This document shows positions 57,529 through 64,000 of a stretch of 64,000 nucleotides of DNA, piece by piece. The DNA lies in contig JBLDXI010000054.1 in assembly GCA_047495785.1 (NCBI GenBank), forward strand, positions 3,472,001 through 3,536,000. The letters are read 5' to 3'. Each line of letters starts with the position of its first letter. Within the stretch, counting starts at the first letter, position 1. The translations under genes and the position numbers were made by a program. Source of the DNA: Lepidodermella squamata (lineage: Eukaryota; Animalia; Gastrotricha). The notes beneath the pieces are model-generated. The model had not been told where the DNA came from, did no database searches, and saw only the letters and a list, made by a program, of their open reading frames with translations.

Positions 57529-58911
57529 CTTCTAGTTCTAGGCCATGGCTGGAAGGAGCGCCGACTTTTGGAATGTGGAAAATAAATCTATAAGTTACTC
57601 TCAAGTTGCCCATGATAGTGACTAACAGCTAAAGCTGCATAAGTTACCATGCGTGAAAGGCAATCAAAGAGGTTCCATCATGGTTCGTCGGATTTACTTG
57701 AGAATTACAAATTGCTCGCGTTGCAAATTATCGAAAAAATGAGGATCGATATGGTGTCATTGGCAATGCCAACGGTTCTGTGGACCAACCGGGGTCTGGG
57801 ACTGGGGTCAATAGTCAACTGGCAACTGGCAACTTGGCGATCTTATCAGCGATGATTTTCGTAAGTACTTGCAATACTTGCAGTAAACGGTCATAATACA
57901 AGCAAGATCGGAAGTTGAGAAGTCTAGAGTCTTATGGCTGTCATGTGCAAATTTATCACAGCGGATCAAGTCTCAAGTCTATCGTCTATCCATCCTCTTC
58001 TAAATAGGTGAAAAATGCGGAGATGGTAAGTAACTCAATGGCTAGGCTGAGGCAGCTCTGCCAAACACCGCTTGATGGCAAGACCCGTCGCACCACGGAA
58101 ACGACTCCCCCTGAGCTGATAGATGAAGCAATTATCAGCGGAATAATGTGCATTTTGGAAGAAGTAACGTCGATCAGAACTGGGCAAATTCAAACTACGC
58201 AAATTGAACTACTGAAACAAAAACAGGAAGGCATATATGAGGAAATTGACTCGCTTCGAAAAATGTCCACAGCATGGCATGTATCGGTTTTGTATCGGTA
58301 GATAAGTAACGGTTTTGGATAACGAATGGCTGCGTAAAAGCAAAGCGCTGTCCACTTCCGAAAATCATCGATCATCGAAAAAAGCGTTTACTTCCGCGCG
58401 CGCTTAATCATTTCAAAAATATGTTTTCCAATTATAATAAATTGGGAAACAGTTACGGATGTATACCGTTTTTCTTTGAAATTATTGAAATTTAAAGGGT
58501 TGCTAATTTAGCAAAGCGTCTCTCGCGATCGATCGGTTTGCCATGAAGCAAAAGCCTTGGTTTAGTGTGTCATGCACTTTGCCATTCACGACTGCCTTAT
58601 GCCGCCAAACGAAGTGCGTTGGAAAGCTGGTGATATTGAGTGATCGATACGATTTTAGTGGTGCTATCTCGGCTCGTCGCATCCTCAATAGTTGGCGTCT
58701 CGTTAACGACCATCAACCGCCTCATCCTACTCCCCTCAGGCGCTATACTTACCTTACCGGTACCTAAGGAAGATTGCTTCTCTCAACTCTTCGGAGTGGA
58801 AAACGTCCTCTCGCCGCATCTCTCTTTTCTTTACATGTTTGATCTCCTATTTTGTTTCTAGTCATTAATTGCAATAATTCTGTAAGCATCACTGACGGTG
58901 GCTCAATATAA

Positions 58912-61581
<2,670 letters not shown>

Positions 61582-64000
61582 ATTCTGACATCGAACAAAT
61601 TTCGTCTTGATCTCATTTATAGCATTATTAGTATTTATTTGTGATTGATTCATCATAATTTGCATTATGTGATGTAAACTGTTCTTTCTGTTGAGTTGCA
61701 TTATTCAAGTAAACTCGAAAGCACGAAAATTGTTTGTGTTTTTACGCGATCTAAAATGTCGCTGTGAGTAAATCTCAAAAATGACGATAGCTGGTGATTC
61801 ATTTAAGGTATTTGTTTAAGGTAATATTGAAATGCAACGGCCTTTGAAATGATGAAGAAAGTCGGCGATAAAGAAAGATTAAATTTCGATTTTACCGATA
61901 TCGTAGAGCTCGTAGAGCTTGGAGGCTCGTTAAGAAAACAATCCATAATAGGTATTTTTTGCCTATCACGAAATTTCTTAAAATCTCTCCCGTCAACATT
62001 GAATGGCGTAAGCAGTGAAATTTAAGAGCACGTGTGCCGTCAGGGTGACATAGTGCGTAAACAAGCGCATGGAAGGTTTCTTGATGTAGCCATTTTCCAA
62101 AGGTTCAGAAAGATTCCAAGGTTCGAAGATCCATGAAAGAAGAATCCAGGGAATAATCTCGATCATTCTCAAACGTGATGGTTCCGTTGTGCGAAGGTAT
62201 CCTTGGCACGATTGAAATATCAAATTCAAAGGAGAACCAGAAACCTGGAAATTCCATATTTTGGGGAATTTCGGAAATTAGTGCCGAAGCCTTAAATTTA
62301 GCGCTGGAACAAATGGTCTAGGCACAACCATTTGTCAAGGCGAAAGAACACGGAAAGTCTCATAAAGAGGATTTACTGTGAGAAATCGTTCGACCAGGGT
62401 GGCCACTTTCAATAAACATTGACAGCCTGGGAATTTGGATCACAGAATGTTACCAAATTGCAGCTTAAATTCCATTGTTTACATCGAATTTTTTTACAAT
62501 GCCCCTGCTCGAAAAATAATCTAAGTTAGGTACCATGAAGCTCACCAACTAAGTTACTCCGGGTACTCGAAATTCGGCTATGGCTTTGGGGTTCGGAGAC
62601 TTCGGGATCAGGTAAAATGGAACGGTAAAATGGAATGAAATGGCGTGGTGCACAAACTCAGATTGAAAACTAGCCCCAACCTAATGCCTTCATGATGTTG
62701 CGAACCCTTGCGTTGCTGAAGAAATTGATTTGTTGCGGTGTTTTTTCCAGTTACAACGTGGTGTTTTGTGTTGCGGCAATGGTTTTATGCGGAGGAATTT
62801 CGGCAAAATGAAACTTTATGATGTTCGCTTGCTCCAAACAGAGTGAGAAATTCCCATCATCAGATCGTATTTTCGTCATTTTTATCAATTTTTTTTTTAA
62901 AAAAACCCGATTTTTGTCTGTTGTAACTTCCATTTTCAACCGGATACCGTAAGCAGACATGACCAAATCTACGCCGAATTTCAAATCATTTTATCTTAGC
63001 ATACAACCGCTATATTCTGGATATTTAGCGAACAAAGTGAATTAGGATCGATTTACGGTGTTTTCGGACTTAAAATGATTGATCATCTGGGAACGGTGGA
63101 CTTTGAAAGTTCTCGAAGTATGATTCAGCCGAATACCATGAGAAAACGGAAGGAGATAATCACATTCGGTGAAGCGCCGCAAATTTAGCATCAATCCCAT
63201 TGACATCAAAATTAATTCATCCGGTCCGCTGTCACTTATTGAACGCGCCGTCATTTGAAAGCGATGAATCCGGTGCAATAGGCGCTAAATAGTTGTATCT
63301 TGACACCTTAATTTCGCCGCGACCAAAGTGTCGCCGCCTTTGTGCGTGCACCGAGTCGAGTGGCGTCAAGTTGCGGAACAACAGTTGGCGCCACGCTGCA
63401 ACTGACGTCTAATTACTAACAAGTGAGAGCGGGCGCGGACACAGCTTAGCCACTCATTACCTCGCTACCGATCACGCACCACGGAAACGACAATGTAACA
63501 GTTGCTCGCTTTTGTTTCCAGTCTCATTTCCAGTCTCTAATTCGGCGTTGCGGGCGTCCGGCGAGGCGCTCGCGTTAACTCGTGAAATTCTAGCGCGCGC
63601 CGCGCCTGGGCGCCGTCATGCGAGCTAAATAGTTGTTTAATATAAATACACGCTCGATTTCAAAATCGCACATTCACGCGATCGTCAAATTTGCAGGCCA
63701 TGTCATCTACCAGACTTCATTATTATAGGCTCCATCGCGTGTCCATCTAACAGGCAAATCGGCTATCGTGGCTTGCCCAAAATAATCTAGGCATTTTCGG
63801 CTTTACAAATATCCAGGGCGCGCTCGCCCAGGGTTTTATTACAATAATTATTGCGCTCCCACTCCGTTTCGATTGTTTACGAGCGCGTTCGATTTTTTGT
63901 AACATTAGCGGCATCGTTTGGATCAGCAAAGAAGCGTTGATAGATAGTAACCAGACTCGCTTATACCGAGACACTACTATTGCCAGCCCAGTTTACTTTA

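Noticed and set aside
58745-58760. ATACTTACCT resembling the U1 snRNA 5' end
   Set aside because: The following sequence does not match U1 and there is no Sm site or stem-loops.
61993-62229. Short minus-strand ORF after KIFAP3
   Set aside because: No recognisable motif or convincing exon chain.

Overview
Eukaryotic (animal) nuclear DNA from a compact, AT-moderate invertebrate genome. It holds about 22 spliced protein-coding genes with mostly very short (about 40-65 nt) GT-AG introns, two tRNA genes and several decayed transposon relics. There are no prokaryotic features. Recognisable genes, left to right: class C GPCR 3' end, kinesin-6 (KIF20-like), CYP2-clan P450, a mucin-like membrane protein, ING3, BRAP, MAT, a coiled-coil orphan, a claudin-like tetraspan, a C3orf20/FAM194-like gene with two tRNAs in its last intron, DDX20, rabenosyn-5, a C2H2 microprotein, SRPK, ZMAT2, THOC7, three tandem makorin-type CCCH genes, a Cys-rich secreted peptide, head-to-head alpha/beta-tubulin, a LEM-domain protein and KIFAP3. 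Three signals stand out. (1) Four co-directional gene chains have only 63-253 nt between stop and next ATG, each with an unpaired splice acceptor before the downstream ATG, the signature of SL-trans-spliced eukaryotic operons. (2) An intronless full-length makorin is flanked by two RING-less paralogues whose CCCH pair is fused to a prion-like or an RGG/acidic tail. (3) The divergent alpha/beta-tubulin pair shares a short promoter with RFX X-box-like motifs. Exon boundaries were read by eye and family calls come from motif recognition; no database searches were run and the species cannot be identified.
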